A DNA stretch of 64,000 nucleotides, taken from positions 41 to 64,040 of the forward strand of contig JACVQI010000001.1 in assembly GCA_015661095.1 (NCBI GenBank), in the 5' to 3' direction. A model generated the notes under the pieces. That model saw nothing but the letters and a program-made list of their open reading frames with translations, did no database searches and was not told the origin of the DNA. Below, one piece after another: positions 49,904-60,727 of the stretch (the stretch's first letter is position 1; the number at the start of each line of letters is the position of its first letter). This DNA is from Gammaproteobacteria bacterium. Its GTDB lineage: Bacteria > Pseudomonadota > Gammaproteobacteria > Eutrophobiales > Eutrophobiaceae. Made by a program: the position numbers and the translations under genes.

Positions 49904-51139
49904 TCAAGATCTGTATTCAGCGTTAATCCTGACATAATCGTGTGACAAGTCACAGGACCAGATGGTTTCCGTTACTTTACCCCTACCAAGACATACCCTT
50001 AAGGTTATCTCCTGTTGCTTCATAACTGCCTGTCCGGCGCTCTCGGAATATTGCGCCGCCCTGACACCGCTCTCAACGATACAGACATCTCCCAGATAAA
50101 CAGAAATGCGAGTAATAGCCAGTTCGGGAATTCCGGCCCGGCCGATTGCCGCCAGGATTCTGCCCCAATTTGGATCCGAGGCAAAAAAGGCCGTCTTGAC
50201 TAATGGCGAATTTGCAATTGCGTAAGCCACTTGCAGGCATTCGTGGTTGTTGCGTCCTTCATTTACTTCTATGGTTATAAATTTTGTCGCACCTTCCCCA
50301 TCTCTGACAATTGCTTGCGCCAGTTGAATAAATACTTCTGTAAGCGCCTGCTCAAACATATTCCTGCTATGCTGATTTTGAATGATTTCACATCCGCTTT
50401 TTCCGGTAGCCGCAAGCATACAGGCATCATTCGTGGAGCTATCACCATCAACGCTAATGCGGTTAAAGGACTTAGACACCGCATTACTTAGGATGCGATC
50501 CAATGTTATCCGATCTGCTAGTACATCCGTGCAAATAAATGCCAGCATAGTCGCCATATCCGGCCTGATCATCCCTGAACCCTTGGCGATGCCCGATATT
50601 GTCACCGTACAACCATCGATAACAACCTGTCTTGATGCAGCTTTGGCTATGGTATCGGTTGTCATGATTGCCCTTACGGCCGTCAGCCAGTTATCTGCTG
50701 CAAGAGATGCATATAATCCGGGAATTTTTTCCAGCATTTTCGTTACTGGCAAATATTCACCAATCACACCGGTGGAAAATGGCAAAACGGCTGAGCTATC
50801 GCAACCGGTGATGGTCGACAGTTCCTGACATATCCGGGTCGCATCTTCTATGCCCCGCTTACCGGTTCCGGCGTTTGCATTTCCGGCATTGATTATGTAA
50901 TAGAGCGGGTTAGATTGCTTAAGGTGTTGCCTCGCTATCTGCACCGGCGCGGCACAAAATTGATTGCAGGTAAATACAGCAGCGCTTACGGTACCCTCAT
51001 CTAATGCCAGAAGGGCTAAATCCGGTCGCTGCTTACGATACAGACCTGCCGAACAGGCTGCCAATCTTATCCCGGGCACGGGCAACAATACTACGGGCTC
51101 TGACAAACCAACGGCCATCTGCTCACCTACCAGTAACAA
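49904..51139 (-). CDS. argJ: Bifunctional glutamate N-acetyltransferase / amino-acid acetyltransferase
   Basis: 411 aa ORF with the ATMLAFICTDV autoprocessing/catalytic Thr motif. Confidence 0.9.
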   Translation of the reverse strand: MLLVGEQMAVGLSEPVVLLPVPGIRLAACSAGLYRKQRPDLALLALDEGTVSAAVFTCNQFCAAPVQIARQHLKQSNPLYYIINAGNANAGTGKRGIEDATRICQELSTITGCDSSAVLPFSTGVIGEYLPVTKMLEKIPGLYASLAADNWLTAVRAIMTTDTIAKAASRQVVIDGCTVTISGIAKGSGMIRPDMATMLAFICTDVLADRITLDRILSNAVSKSFNRISVDGDSSTNDACMLAATGKSGCEIIQNQHSRNMFEQALTEVFIQLAQAIVRDGEGATKFITIEVNEGRNNHECLQVAYAIANSPLVKTAFFASDPNWGRILAAIGRAGIPELAITRISVYLGDVCIVESGVRAAQYSESAGQAVMKQQEITLRVCLGRGKVTETIWSCDLSHDYVRINAEYRS

Positions 51140-53845
51140 TCATGCCAGTTTGCCGTGACATTGTTTATATTTTTTGCCAGAACCACAGGGGCAAGGTTCA
51201 TTGCGACCTACCTTGCGATCGCCTCTGACAAAAGGTTGCTTGACTGGCTCTGGTTTCTCGGCTTCGGCACTGGCCCCCGTCAAGGCGTTGGGGGCCGCGG
51301 GATGATTATAGGTCACTTGCTGAGGTTCTGGTTTGCGTTCTACAAGATCAACATCGGCTTCCGTCCGGACGTGCACCTTGGAGAGAATGCCGACCACATC
51401 ATTTTTGATATTTTTCAGCATCTCCCCAAACATGGCAAAAGCCTCACGCTTGTATTCCTGTTTAGGGTTTTTGGCGGCATAACCGCGCAAGCCGATACCC
51501 TGACGCAAATAATCCATCGCTACCAGATGCTCTTTCCAGTGGCGATCGAGCACATCCAGCATGATATCTTTTTCCAGCCGCCGCATCAGATCCGATGGCA
51601 CCAGCTTTTCTTTTTCGGCCATCGTCGCAAAGATGGCCTGCAACAGCTTCGCCGTTAAAGTTTCTCCATGCAGCTCCTCATCATCATCCAGCCATTTTTT
51701 GATCGGTAATCGGCATCGAAACTCATGCTCAACCGCCTCAGTCAAACCCTGCACATCCCACTGTTCAGGCATACTGTCAGGCGGAATATAGAGGTTAATC
51801 ACTGCGTTGATGACATCTTCCCGCATACGCTTGATTTCATCCGAGATATCATCGATTTCCAGCAAGTCGTTGCGCCATTCATAGATCACTTTACGTTGAT
51901 CATTGGCGACGTCGTCATATTCGAGCAAATGCTTTCTTATATCGAAATTATGAGCTTCTACTTTCCGCTGTGCATTTTCAATCGCCTTGGATACCAGGTT
52001 GGATTCAATGGCCTCACCCTCCTCCATGCCCAATCTTTGCATGATAGCGCTGACTTTATCCGAGGCGAAGATACGCATCAGATTATCCTCAAGGGATAAA
52101 TAAAAGCGGCTGGATCCCGGGTCTCCCTGTCTGCCGGAGCGACCACGCAGTTGATTATCTATTCTTCTGGACTCATGTCTTTCCGTACCGATTATTCGTA
52201 ACCCCCCACTGGCAATTACCTCATTATGCAGTGATTGCCAATCCGCCCTCAATTTGGTAATGGTTGCCGCATCTGGCTGCTCGAGTTTTTTCAGTTCAGC
52301 TTCATAATTACCGCCGAGAACAATATCAGTACCGCGACCAGCCATATTGGTGGCTATGGTTACGGTACCGGGACGGCCGGCCTGGGCAATGATATCTGCT
52401 TCCCTTTCATGATATTTGGCATTCAGTACCTGATGCTTGATTTTATCCCGTTTCAGCATGTCCGATAATAGTTCCGATACCTCAATGGAAACCGTACCCA
52501 CCAATACTGGTTGTACACGATTAAGGCAGTCCTTGATATCCGCGATAATCGCCGTGAACTTTTCCCTGGCTTTTAAATAAATAACGTCGGACTGATCATC
52601 CCTGATCATTGGCATATGGGTAGGTATCACCACCACTTCAAGTTTGTAGATTTGCTGAAATTCATAAGCTTCGGTATCAGCAGTTCCGGTCATGCCGGAC
52701 AGCTTATTATAAAGACGAAAATAATTTTGATAGGTGATAGTAGCCAGTGTCTGATTTTCATTTTGTATCGGCACTCCTTCCTTGGCCTCTATAGCCTGAT
52801 GCAATCCTTCGGACCAGCGGCGACCAGGCATGGTTCTACCGGTAAATTCATCAACTATCACAACTTCATTATCCTTGACGATATAGTCAATATTATTATG
52901 AAACAGGGTGTGTGCCCGCAGGGCCGCATTTAAATGATGCAGGACGGGTATATTGACCGGATCATAAAGACTCTGCCTTTTTTGTATGATGCCAGCCTGG
53001 AGAAACACGGTTTCAACATTATCAATACCCGACTCCGTCAGATAAGCCTGCCTCGATTTTTCCTCCACCGTGTAGTCACCAGCCCCGCCCTCAGTTGTTT
53101 GCCGGGACAGCATTGGAATAATCTTATTAATACTCGTATACAGATCAGAACGATCGTCCACTGAACCGGAAATGATTAATGGTGTCCGCGCCTCGTCAAT
53201 CAGGATTGAATCCACTTCGTCAACTATGGCATAGTTTAATTCCCGCATTACCTGTTCCTGCTTGGTAAATTTCATATTGTCACGCAGGTAATCAAACCCG
53301 AATTCATTATTGGTGCCGTAGGTGATATCGGCGGCATAGGCCTGTCTGCGTTCCTCATTGGACAGTCCGGTCACGATCACGCCAGTACTCATGCCAAGGT
53401 AGTTATAAATCTTACCCATCCATTCCGCGTCGCGCCGGGCCAGATAATCATTTACAGTGATAATATGTACACCCTTCCCAGACAAGGCATTCAGATACGC
53501 GGATAAAGTCGCAACCAGAGTCTTACCTTCGCCAGTCCTCATTTCCGCGATATTGCCCTCATGCAATACCATACCGCCTATCAATTGCATGTCAAAGTGA
53601 CGCATATTAACCGTTCGCTTGCCTGCTTCACGAACCAGAGCAAAGGCTTCTGGCAACACGTCATCCAAAGTTTCGCCTTTTGAGTACCGCTCCCTCAGGA
53701 AATTAGTTCTTTTGGGGAACTCTGACTCCGACAGTTTTGAAATTTCCTCTTCCAGTGAATTAATTCTGGCGATATTGCTTCGCAGACGCTTTAGTATACG
53801 TTCATTCCTGCTGCCAAATATTTTTGCAAATAATCTCGATAACAT
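51140..53845 (-). CDS. secA: Preprotein translocase ATPase SecA
   Basis: 901 aa ORF with DEAD-like motor domains and a C-terminal zinc-binding tail ([14 protein letters not shown]). Confidence 0.95.
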   Translation of the reverse strand: MLSRLFAKIFGSRNERILKRLRSNIARINSLEEEISKLSESEFPKRTNFLRERYSKGETLDDVLPEAFALVREAGKRTVNMRHFDMQLIGGMVLHEGNIAEMRTGEGKTLVATLSAYLNALSGKGVHIITVNDYLARRDAEWMGKIYNYLGMSTGVIVTGLSNEERRQAYAADITYGTNNEFGFDYLRDNMKFTKQEQVMRELNYAIVDEVDSILIDEARTPLIISGSVDDRSDLYTSINKIIPMLSRQTTEGGAGDYTVEEKSRQAYLTESGIDNVETVFLQAGIIQKRQSLYDPVNIPVLHHLNAALRAHTLFHNNIDYIVKDNEVVIVDEFTGRTMPGRRWSEGLHQAIEAKEGVPIQNENQTLATITYQNYFRLYNKLSGMTGTADTEAYEFQQIYKLEVVVIPTHMPMIRDDQSDVIYLKAREKFTAIIADIKDCLNRVQPVLVGTVSIEVSELLSDMLKRDKIKHQVLNAKYHEREADIIAQAGRPGTVTIATNMAGRGTDIVLGGNYEAELKKLEQPDAATITKLRADWQSLHNEVIASGGLRIIGTERHESRRIDNQLRGRSGRQGDPGSSRFYLSLEDNLMRIFASDKVSAIMQRLGMEEGEAIESNLVSKAIENAQRKVEAHNFDIRKHLLEYDDVANDQRKVIYEWRNDLLEIDDISDEIKRMREDVINAVINLYIPPDSMPEQWDVQGLTEAVEHEFRCRLPIKKWLDDDEELHGETLTAKLLQAIFATMAEKEKLVPSDLMRRLEKDIMLDVLDRHWKEHLVAMDYLRQGIGLRGYAAKNPKQEYKREAFAMFGEMLKNIKNDVVGILSKVHVRTEADVDLVERKPEPQQVTYNHPAAPNALTGASAEAEKPEPVKQPFVRGDRKVGRNEPCPCGSGKKYKQCHGKLA

Positions 53846-54040
53846 AGAATCTTGGAATTAACAGGCTGGATATTATTTTTGAAATTGATTCGATATAAAC
53901 AACATTAATAAATCTATTTACATTAACCGCTGCATTCCCGTGATGCCGGGACAACCAGAGTTGGAGGTGATTATATCACGTATTGAAGCGACAATTTCCC
54001 GTGACTTTGGAAAATGATGCCGGAGGATGGCAACTGAAAC

Positions 54041-54976
54041 TTAATTAGAAACTATAACGTTTTTCGGGTTTACCAGAACACCGTTTTTTAGCACCTCGAA
54101 ATGAACATGGGTACCGGTGCTACGTCCGGAGCTTCCCATAATTGCGATTACTTCTCCCTTTTCCACTTTATCACCCACGTTAACAAGATTTTTGGCGTTA
54201 TGCGCATAGCGGGTGATATTTCCGCTACCGTGGTTTATTTCAACCTGATTGCCATAACCCAACCTCGGGCCGGACCATGTAACAATGCCGGCGGCTACCG
54301 CGGATATCGGTGTGCCAGGCTTTCCCGAAAAATCAAGACCTTCATGAAATTCCTGTTTGCCAGTTATCGGGTCCGACCGATATCCAAATATCGAGGATAA
54401 CCAGCCGCCTTGCACGGGATTACCGGTGGGCAGGGTTTGCTCCTGCAAAGTGCGATTAATCAGCATGGATTCTATTGCCGATAATTTTTCGCTACGATCC
54501 TGTATATTTTTTTCCAATTCCTCCAGTGTCACCAGAAAATCCGGAATATTGATGGATTGCAGCTGAATGCTGGGAGTCGGCCCACCCAAGCCCGGCGGAT
54601 TATCCAGTCCAAACTCAAACTCATCAAGCTTGGCCATCGATGCCAGGCGTGAGCCAAGGGCATCGAGACGATAGACATGTCCCTGCAACAGACTTAGCCT
54701 GCTCGCCATGGCATCCATCGATTTTTCCGCAGTTAATTTGAGTTTATCTATCTGAGCTTCCTGCGCTTTGATTTTTTCCTCCCAACCTGAATAAGTCTGC
54801 GCTCGTATAGACTTCAGGAATTCGGTCGAATTATATTTCGCATACTGTATTCCTGAGAAAAATATCCCCATGGAAATTGAACCAACAAAAGCACACGAAA
54901 TAATAACAGCAACAACCGGATTCAAGTAGATACTCCGGCTCCGGCTTCTTGTATTAGATAATATTATAATTTTCAT
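54041..54976 (-). CDS. M23 family metallopeptidase (murein endopeptidase/activator) with an N-terminal membrane anchor and a coiled coil
   Basis: A transmembrane helix, then a coiled coil, then a LytM domain with HEGLD and HVHFE zinc ligands. Confidence 0.75.
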   Translation of the reverse strand: MKIIILSNTRSRSRSIYLNPVVAVIISCAFVGSISMGIFFSGIQYAKYNSTEFLKSIRAQTYSGWEEKIKAQEAQIDKLKLTAEKSMDAMASRLSLLQGHVYRLDALGSRLASMAKLDEFEFGLDNPPGLGGPTPSIQLQSINIPDFLVTLEELEKNIQDRSEKLSAIESMLINRTLQEQTLPTGNPVQGGWLSSIFGYRSDPITGKQEFHEGLDFSGKPGTPISAVAAGIVTWSGPRLGYGNQVEINHGSGNITRYAHNAKNLVNVGDKVEKGEVIAIMGSSGRSTGTHVHFEVLKNGVLVNPKNVIVSN

Positions 54977-55000
54977 TGTGATTTGCTATAAGCTATCTAT

Positions 55001-55456
55001 ATGCCCAGCGATAAATATCATCCCGCGACAATTAATGATTTCCTGAGCAGTCGTTCTCAGTCATTATCCAAATTAGTTGGACAAGTCTCCCGTATTCTTA
55101 TATGTCAGAGCAGGCTTCGCTCTGAACTTGGTCCACCATTATCAGAGCATTTGCACGTAGCGAATTATTCCAATGACTCCTTGATGTTGCATACGGACAG
55201 TCCGGCATGGGCATCAAGGTTGCGCTTCAACATACAGAATATTCTTAATATTGTCAGACAAAACTGTGGACTTAATGAGCTGAAATCCGTACGTATAAAG
55301 GTCGTTATCCAGAACACCGACAGCGAACCTGTAAAACGCATGAACTGTCTTTCTCAAAGCACAACAAAACTTATCGAAAATACAGCCCGATCAATAAAAG
55401 ACCACAAACTTCGAACTTCCCTTTTCAACCTCGCCAAACATCACGTTGGCTTTTGA
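55001..55456 (+). CDS. DUF721 domain protein (DciA-like, putative replicative helicase loader/operator)
   Basis: 151 aa ORF. The central segment LMLHTDSPAWASRLRFNIQNIL matches the DUF721 core. It sits between lpxC and the M23/secA genes, as DUF721 genes do in pseudomonads. Confidence 0.5.
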   Translation: MPSDKYHPATINDFLSSRSQSLSKLVGQVSRILICQSRLRSELGPPLSEHLHVANYSNDSLMLHTDSPAWASRLRFNIQNILNIVRQNCGLNELKSVRIKVVIQNTDSEPVKRMNCLSQSTTKLIENTARSIKDHKLRTSLFNLAKHHVGF

Positions 55457-55487
55457 TTATTATTGTAATTATTTTATTTTAGTTACA

Positions 55488-56399
55488 TTAGACAGCCGGA
55501 ATTGGCTGCATAAAAGAGATGGGTACTTTGTTTTCATCCTCATAACTGACAAGTTCCCACGCTGACTTGGTGGCCAGCAACTTCTTTAACAAGCGATTAT
55601 TCAGCTCATGTCCGGATTTATATCCCTTGAACGAACCGATTAAACTATGTCCCAGCAAATACAGGTCGCCAATCGCATCAAGTATCTTGTGTTTAACGCA
55701 CTCATCTTCATATCGAAGTCCGTCTTCATTTAATATACGGTATTCATCCACGACTACCGCGTTATCCAGGCTGCCGCCAAGGATTAAATTGTTTTGTCGC
55801 AGTAATTCAACATCGCGCATGAACCCGAAAGTTCTGGCCCGGCTGACTTCCTTGACAAAGGATGTAGTGGAAAAATCAATCTCCGCCTGACAGTTCTTCA
55901 CGGTGAAGGCTGGATGCGAAAACTGTATGGTAAATCCGACTTTGAATCCATTGAACGGTTCAAACAAGGCCCACTTGTCGTCGTTTTCCACATAGACTCT
56001 TTTCTTGATACGCATGAACTGCTTTAAGGCATTCTGTTCTTCTATACCCGCCGATTGAATCAAAAATACAAACGGGCCGGCACTGCCATCCATGATAGGT
56101 ATTTCGTCGGCACTGGTATCAATATAGGCATTATCAATGCCAAAACCTGCCAGTGCTGAAAGTAAATGTTCGACTGTGGATATGCGGATATTATCTTTGA
56201 CAAGAGTTGTCGATAATGTTGTATCGCCGACATTCTTGGGGCAGGCCCGGATTTCAACCGGTACATCCAGATCAACTCTGCGGAATATGATGCCTGCATT
56301 AGCAGGCGCCGGTCGTAGCGTTAAATACACCTTTTTACCGGTATGCAGTCCGACACCAGTCGCCCGGATGACATTTTTCAATGTTCTTTGCTTTATCAT
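55488..56399 (-). CDS. lpxC: UDP-3-O-acyl-N-acetylglucosamine deacetylase
   Basis: [24 protein letters not shown] is a canonical LpxC N-terminus. The 22-codon extension in the long ORF (to 56465) is probably not translated. Confidence 0.9.
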   Translation of the reverse strand: MIKQRTLKNVIRATGVGLHTGKKVYLTLRPAPANAGIIFRRVDLDVPVEIRACPKNVGDTTLSTTLVKDNIRISTVEHLLSALAGFGIDNAYIDTSADEIPIMDGSAGPFVFLIQSAGIEEQNALKQFMRIKKRVYVENDDKWALFEPFNGFKVGFTIQFSHPAFTVKNCQAEIDFSTTSFVKEVSRARTFGFMRDVELLRQNNLILGGSLDNAVVVDEYRILNEDGLRYEDECVKHKILDAIGDLYLLGHSLIGSFKGYKSGHELNNRLLKKLLATKSAWELVSYEDENKVPISFMQPIPAV

Positions 56400-56547
56400 T
56401 AATGTTTTGTCGTAATCTTCCCCGACCTCCCCCAAAGAGGTCCCAACCTGCTTTTTTACGGACAAATCGTGTATCTGTCAAGCTTTAGCTTATTTTGATA
56501 TCACCTCCACGAGCGTTTTTAATGATTTTAGAAGATTTTAACGGATT

Positions 56548-57690
56548 TTAATCGGCTTGTCGGCGTAAAAAAGCTGGAATATCCAGATACTCCGGATCTT
56601 CATGCAGGGGGTTAATGTTCGCTTTGGGCCCCTGATTACGCATGATGGTCGGTCTTTCCAACTCCTTATAATCCACGCCACCAATGGTTGGTTGGACCAG
56701 TTTTACCCGGGATAAATCATCCTGACGGGCAGAAAATTGTCCTAAACCGGTAGCTACGATAGTTACCCGCATCTCTCCACTTAACTCCGGATCGATTACC
56801 GTACCGACCACGACGGTCGCGTTTTCTGAAGCGAATTGTTTGATGGTTTTACCTACTTCATCGAATTCACCGATAGTCAGGTCCATACCTGCAGTAATGT
56901 TCACCAAGATACCCTTGGCTCCGGTAAGATTGACATCCTCCAATAGCGGGCTTGAAATTGCGGCTTCGGCTGCCACAACGGCACGATCTTCCCCTTGCGC
57001 TTTACCTGATCCCATCATGGCCATACCCATTTCCGACATGACGGTACGGACGTCGGCAAAATCGACATTAATCAGGCCGGGGCATGTGATCAGTTGCGCG
57101 ATACCCTGTACCGCACCCAGCAATACATCATTGGCGGCGCTGAAGGCATTGAGCAAGCTGACATCACGGCCCAGAACGGTTAATAATTTCTCATTTGGTA
57201 TGGTGATCAGCGAATCCACAAATTGACTTAATTCCCGGATACCGTTGTCGGCAATTTGTGCCCGCTTTTTACCTTCAAAGGAAAACGGTCGCGTTACCAC
57301 CGCCACGGTCAGGATACCCATTTCCTTGGCGACCTGGGCGACTATCGGCGCCGCTCCCGTACCGGTTCCGCCGCCCATCCCGGCGGTAATAAATATCATG
57401 TCAGCCCCCTCCAGAATATCCATAATCCGATCCCGATCTTCCAGCGCAGCCTGACGGCCGACATCCGGATTAGCCCCCGCACCCAGACCCTTGGTAACGC
57501 TGGCGCCCATTTGCAGAATCGTCTTTGCCGAAGAGTTCTTTAACGCCTGCGCATCTGTGTTGCTGCAGATGAATTCAACCCCCTCAATTTCTGCTTTCAC
57601 CATATGTTCGATGGCATTACCCCCACCACCACCTACTCCAATAACTTTTATAACCGCAGTCTGATTGGCTGCATCAACTAATTCAAACAT
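56548..57690 (-). CDS. ftsZ: Cell division GTPase FtsZ
   Basis: Tubulin signature motif GGGTGTG and a T7 loop. 380 aa. Confidence 0.95.
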   Translation of the reverse strand: MFELVDAANQTAVIKVIGVGGGGGNAIEHMVKAEIEGVEFICSNTDAQALKNSSAKTILQMGASVTKGLGAGANPDVGRQAALEDRDRIMDILEGADMIFITAGMGGGTGTGAAPIVAQVAKEMGILTVAVVTRPFSFEGKKRAQIADNGIRELSQFVDSLITIPNEKLLTVLGRDVSLLNAFSAANDVLLGAVQGIAQLITCPGLINVDFADVRTVMSEMGMAMMGSGKAQGEDRAVVAAEAAISSPLLEDVNLTGAKGILVNITAGMDLTIGEFDEVGKTIKQFASENATVVVGTVIDPELSGEMRVTIVATGLGQFSARQDDLSRVKLVQPTIGGVDYKELERPTIMRNQGPKANINPLHEDPEYLDIPAFLRRQAD

Positions 57691-57727
57691 TCCGGATCCT
57701 CCTCTAGATTAATAATAATAATGACAA

Positions 57728-58963
57728 CTAAAAGGTACCTTGAAACCAATTGCGCATCCTCTGCCAGACTCCCTTGACACTACTGTCAAAATTCACTCCT
57801 GGTATGGCATTTCGTAACTGCTTCTGACCAAACAACAATAATCCGACTCCAGTAGAATAAATCGGATTTTTGACAACATCTGATAAGCCGCTGACAAACT
57901 GGGGGACGCCAACTCTGACCGGCATATGAAATATTTCTTCTGCCAGTTCCACGGCGCCTTCCATCTTGGCGCTGCCACCGGTTAACACCACACCAGCCGC
58001 AATCAATTCCTCATAACCACTGCGTCTTAATTCGGCTTGCACCAGTGAAAACAGCTCCTCATATCTGGGCTGAACCACCTCCGCGAGCGTTTGCCTCGCC
58101 AATCGTCGCGCTGGCCTGTCTCCGACGCTGGGGACCTCTATGGTTTCCTCACGATTTGCCAATTGGGTCAGGGCGCAGGCATATCTGACCTTGATATCTT
58201 CGGCATGCTGTGTAGGCGTTCTCAGGGCTACGGCTATATCATTAGTCACCTGATCGCCGGCGATAGGAATAACCGCGGTATGATGAATTGATCCGTCAGT
58301 AAAGATCGCGATGTCGGTAGTACCTCCACCGATATCAACCAGGCAGACACCTAGATTCTTTTCATCCTCAGTCAATACAGCGGCGCTGGAAGCCAATTGT
58401 TCAAGAATGATGTCATCGACCTCTAGGCCACAGCGCCTGACGCATTTGATGATATTTTGCGCTGAACTGACGGATCCCGTGACCATATGCACCTTGGCCT
58501 CGAGCCTGACACCGGACATACCGATCGGTTCTTTGATACCTTCCTGACTATCGATGACGAACTCCTGTGGCAAAATATGCAATATCTTTTGATCCGCAGG
58601 TATCGCCACAGCCCGTGCTGCATCAATGACACGGTCGACATCTCCTATTGATACTTCGTTGTCCCTGATAGCAACTATCCCGTGAGAATTGAGACTTCTT
58701 ATATGGCTGCCGGCTATGCCCGCATAGACCGAATGAATTTCGCACCCAGCCATCAGTTCGGCTTCCTCGATGGCGCGCTGAATTGTCTGCACCGTCGATT
58801 CAATATTTACAACAACACCTTTTTTCAGACCCCGGGATTGGCTTGATCCTAGCCCGATGATTTCAATCTCGTCGCTGGATGTTACTTCGCCAACAATTGC
58901 CACCACCTTGGAAGTTCCGATATCCAGTCCAACAATCAGATTTTTATCAGCTTTTTTAGCCAT
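57728..58963 (-). CDS. ftsA: Cell division protein FtsA
   Basis: Actin-like ATPase (VGLDIGTSKV...). 411 aa. Confidence 0.9.
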   Translation of the reverse strand: MAKKADKNLIVGLDIGTSKVVAIVGEVTSSDEIEIIGLGSSQSRGLKKGVVVNIESTVQTIQRAIEEAELMAGCEIHSVYAGIAGSHIRSLNSHGIVAIRDNEVSIGDVDRVIDAARAVAIPADQKILHILPQEFVIDSQEGIKEPIGMSGVRLEAKVHMVTGSVSSAQNIIKCVRRCGLEVDDIILEQLASSAAVLTEDEKNLGVCLVDIGGGTTDIAIFTDGSIHHTAVIPIAGDQVTNDIAVALRTPTQHAEDIKVRYACALTQLANREETIEVPSVGDRPARRLARQTLAEVVQPRYEELFSLVQAELRRSGYEELIAAGVVLTGGSAKMEGAVELAEEIFHMPVRVGVPQFVSGLSDVVKNPIYSTGVGLLLFGQKQLRNAIPGVNFDSSVKGVWQRMRNWFQGTF

Positions 58964-59744
58964 GATTCTGCCCTAACTCAGAGTTATATAATTTATATTT
59001 CCATCTGACCGCGAAACCGTTCGTATAACGCAAGTCGACAGTTTCCATTTCCTGCAGGTTTTCCGATGGTCCTGATTTAAGATACGTTACGAATCTTGCC
59101 AGTCTATTCAGAATATTTTTTCTACCGAGTATTAAGAGCGGACCGTTAGATAAGCGCATTGTCCACGAACGTCGATCATTAAGAGTCAACCCGCTGATTA
59201 CATAACCGGTGTCCATGAGGACTTTCTGGAACTCCTGATATTGCGACAACATCTGGCCATAGGTCTCGGTCGGCCCGCGTAATACCGGCAAACCTTCCGG
59301 ATAGGTGTATGGCTCGGGTGTAAATAACACTCCATCCGGATTGATCAAACCCGAGTCGCCCCAGCGAGCTACTGCCACCTGCTCGGAAACCTGCACCGTC
59401 AATCTATCAGGCCAGTTTCTGAGCACTGTAACCTGGTGCACCCATGGATCCATTAGCAATATTTTCTTAATCACTTCCACATTAACGTTAAAAAACCCGC
59501 CTCGTACTGTATCCGTTACTATCGCCTCCAGCCGATCAGGGGCCAGCTGCTGAAACTCACCTTCAACCCTGACCTTTTTAATCGGCAATATGTCAGGTCG
59601 CATCAAGGTCATTAACGCCCACACCATCGACACAATAATCAGCAGCATCAGCAACAGGCTGGATCTGATCTTCTTTAGCGATGGAGCCTTGGAATCCACC
59701 ATGAGATTATCCTCACCATAAGCTTCGGCAGCTTGAATTCTCAT
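58956..59744 (-). CDS. ftsQ: Cell division protein FtsQ
   Basis: A bitopic protein with POTRA and FtsQ beta domains. It overlaps ftsA by 8 nt. Confidence 0.8.
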   Translation of the reverse strand: MRIQAAEAYGEDNLMVDSKAPSLKKIRSSLLLMLLIIVSMVWALMTLMRPDILPIKKVRVEGEFQQLAPDRLEAIVTDTVRGGFFNVNVEVIKKILLMDPWVHQVTVLRNWPDRLTVQVSEQVAVARWGDSGLINPDGVLFTPEPYTYPEGLPVLRGPTETYGQMLSQYQEFQKVLMDTGYVISGLTLNDRRSWTMRLSNGPLLILGRKNILNRLARFVTYLKSGPSENLQEMETVDLRYTNGFAVRWKYKLYNSELGQNHG

Positions 59745-59763
59745 GTCCGAACCTCATTATTTT

Positions 59764-60726
59764 TCATGGCGCCACTGTTTCCCCGATAATCCGCACTTCC
59801 GGTTCCAGATCGACTCCAGTTTGTTCCCTCACCCGTTGTTGAATTATTTTAATCAAATGTTCTATCTCCCCGGCGCTGGCCCCGCCTTCGTTGATGATGA
59901 AGTTTGCGTGTTTTTCGGAAACGCGGGCCTTGCCAACGCTCATTCCCTTCAGGTCACAGACATCGATCAAACGTCCGGCGTAATCACCTGCTGGATTGCG
60001 GAATACCGAACCACAGCTGAATTGACCGGTCGGCTGGGATACCGACCGTTTAGCCAGTAATTCCCGCAGGCGGATAGAAGCGGTTTTGTTGGAATCCGGC
60101 GGCAGTTGAAACTCCGCGGACATAAACCATTCATCATCGGACAGATTCACAAAACGGTAACTTACTTCGAATTCATCGCGGGCTCTGGTACGTATCGTCC
60201 CGTTACGGCTGATCGTGGTAGCACACTTAACGTAGTCCCAGGTCTCACCGCCGAAAGCGCCGGCATTCATGGCCAGGGCGCCGCCGATGGTACCCGGGAT
60301 ACCGGCCAGGAATTCAATTCCCCTTAATCCCGCCTGCACTGCATGGCGCGCGAATTTATTACAGCTGGTGCCAGCCCCAACCTTAATGACGTTAGTGCCG
60401 CTCATAAAAATTTCATCCAGCACGCCGGAAACAGCGATTACTGTGCCCCTGTAGCCGCCATCACGTACCAGTAAATTACTGCCCAAACCCATCCAGATCA
60501 GGGCTTCATCATGCTGACATTGCGATAAATACTGTGACAGATCAGCCAGATCAGCAGGTATATAAAATCTATCAGCGCAACCGCCGGCACGCCAGGAGGT
60601 GTGTTTGGACATCGGCTCCTGCAACTTCACGACACCACGCAAGGTTGCTTCGTCTGTTCGTTCCGCCATAGCCACCGGGCTCAGTTTGATTTCATCATGT
60701 AAATATCCTGCCGTTAACACATACAC
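59764..60726 (-). CDS. murB: UDP-N-acetylenolpyruvoylglucosamine reductase
   Basis: FAD-binding motif GLGSNLLVRDGG and a MurB C-terminal domain. The true start may be the internal Met21. Confidence 0.85.
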   Translation of the reverse strand: MYVLTAGYLHDEIKLSPVAMAERTDEATLRGVVKLQEPMSKHTSWRAGGCADRFYIPADLADLSQYLSQCQHDEALIWMGLGSNLLVRDGGYRGTVIAVSGVLDEIFMSGTNVIKVGAGTSCNKFARHAVQAGLRGIEFLAGIPGTIGGALAMNAGAFGGETWDYVKCATTISRNGTIRTRARDEFEVSYRFVNLSDDEWFMSAEFQLPPDSNKTASIRLRELLAKRSVSQPTGQFSCGSVFRNPAGDYAGRLIDVCDLKGMSVGKARVSEKHANFIINEGGASAGEIEHLIKIIQQRVREQTGVDLEPEVRIIGETVAP

Positions 60727-60727
60727 C

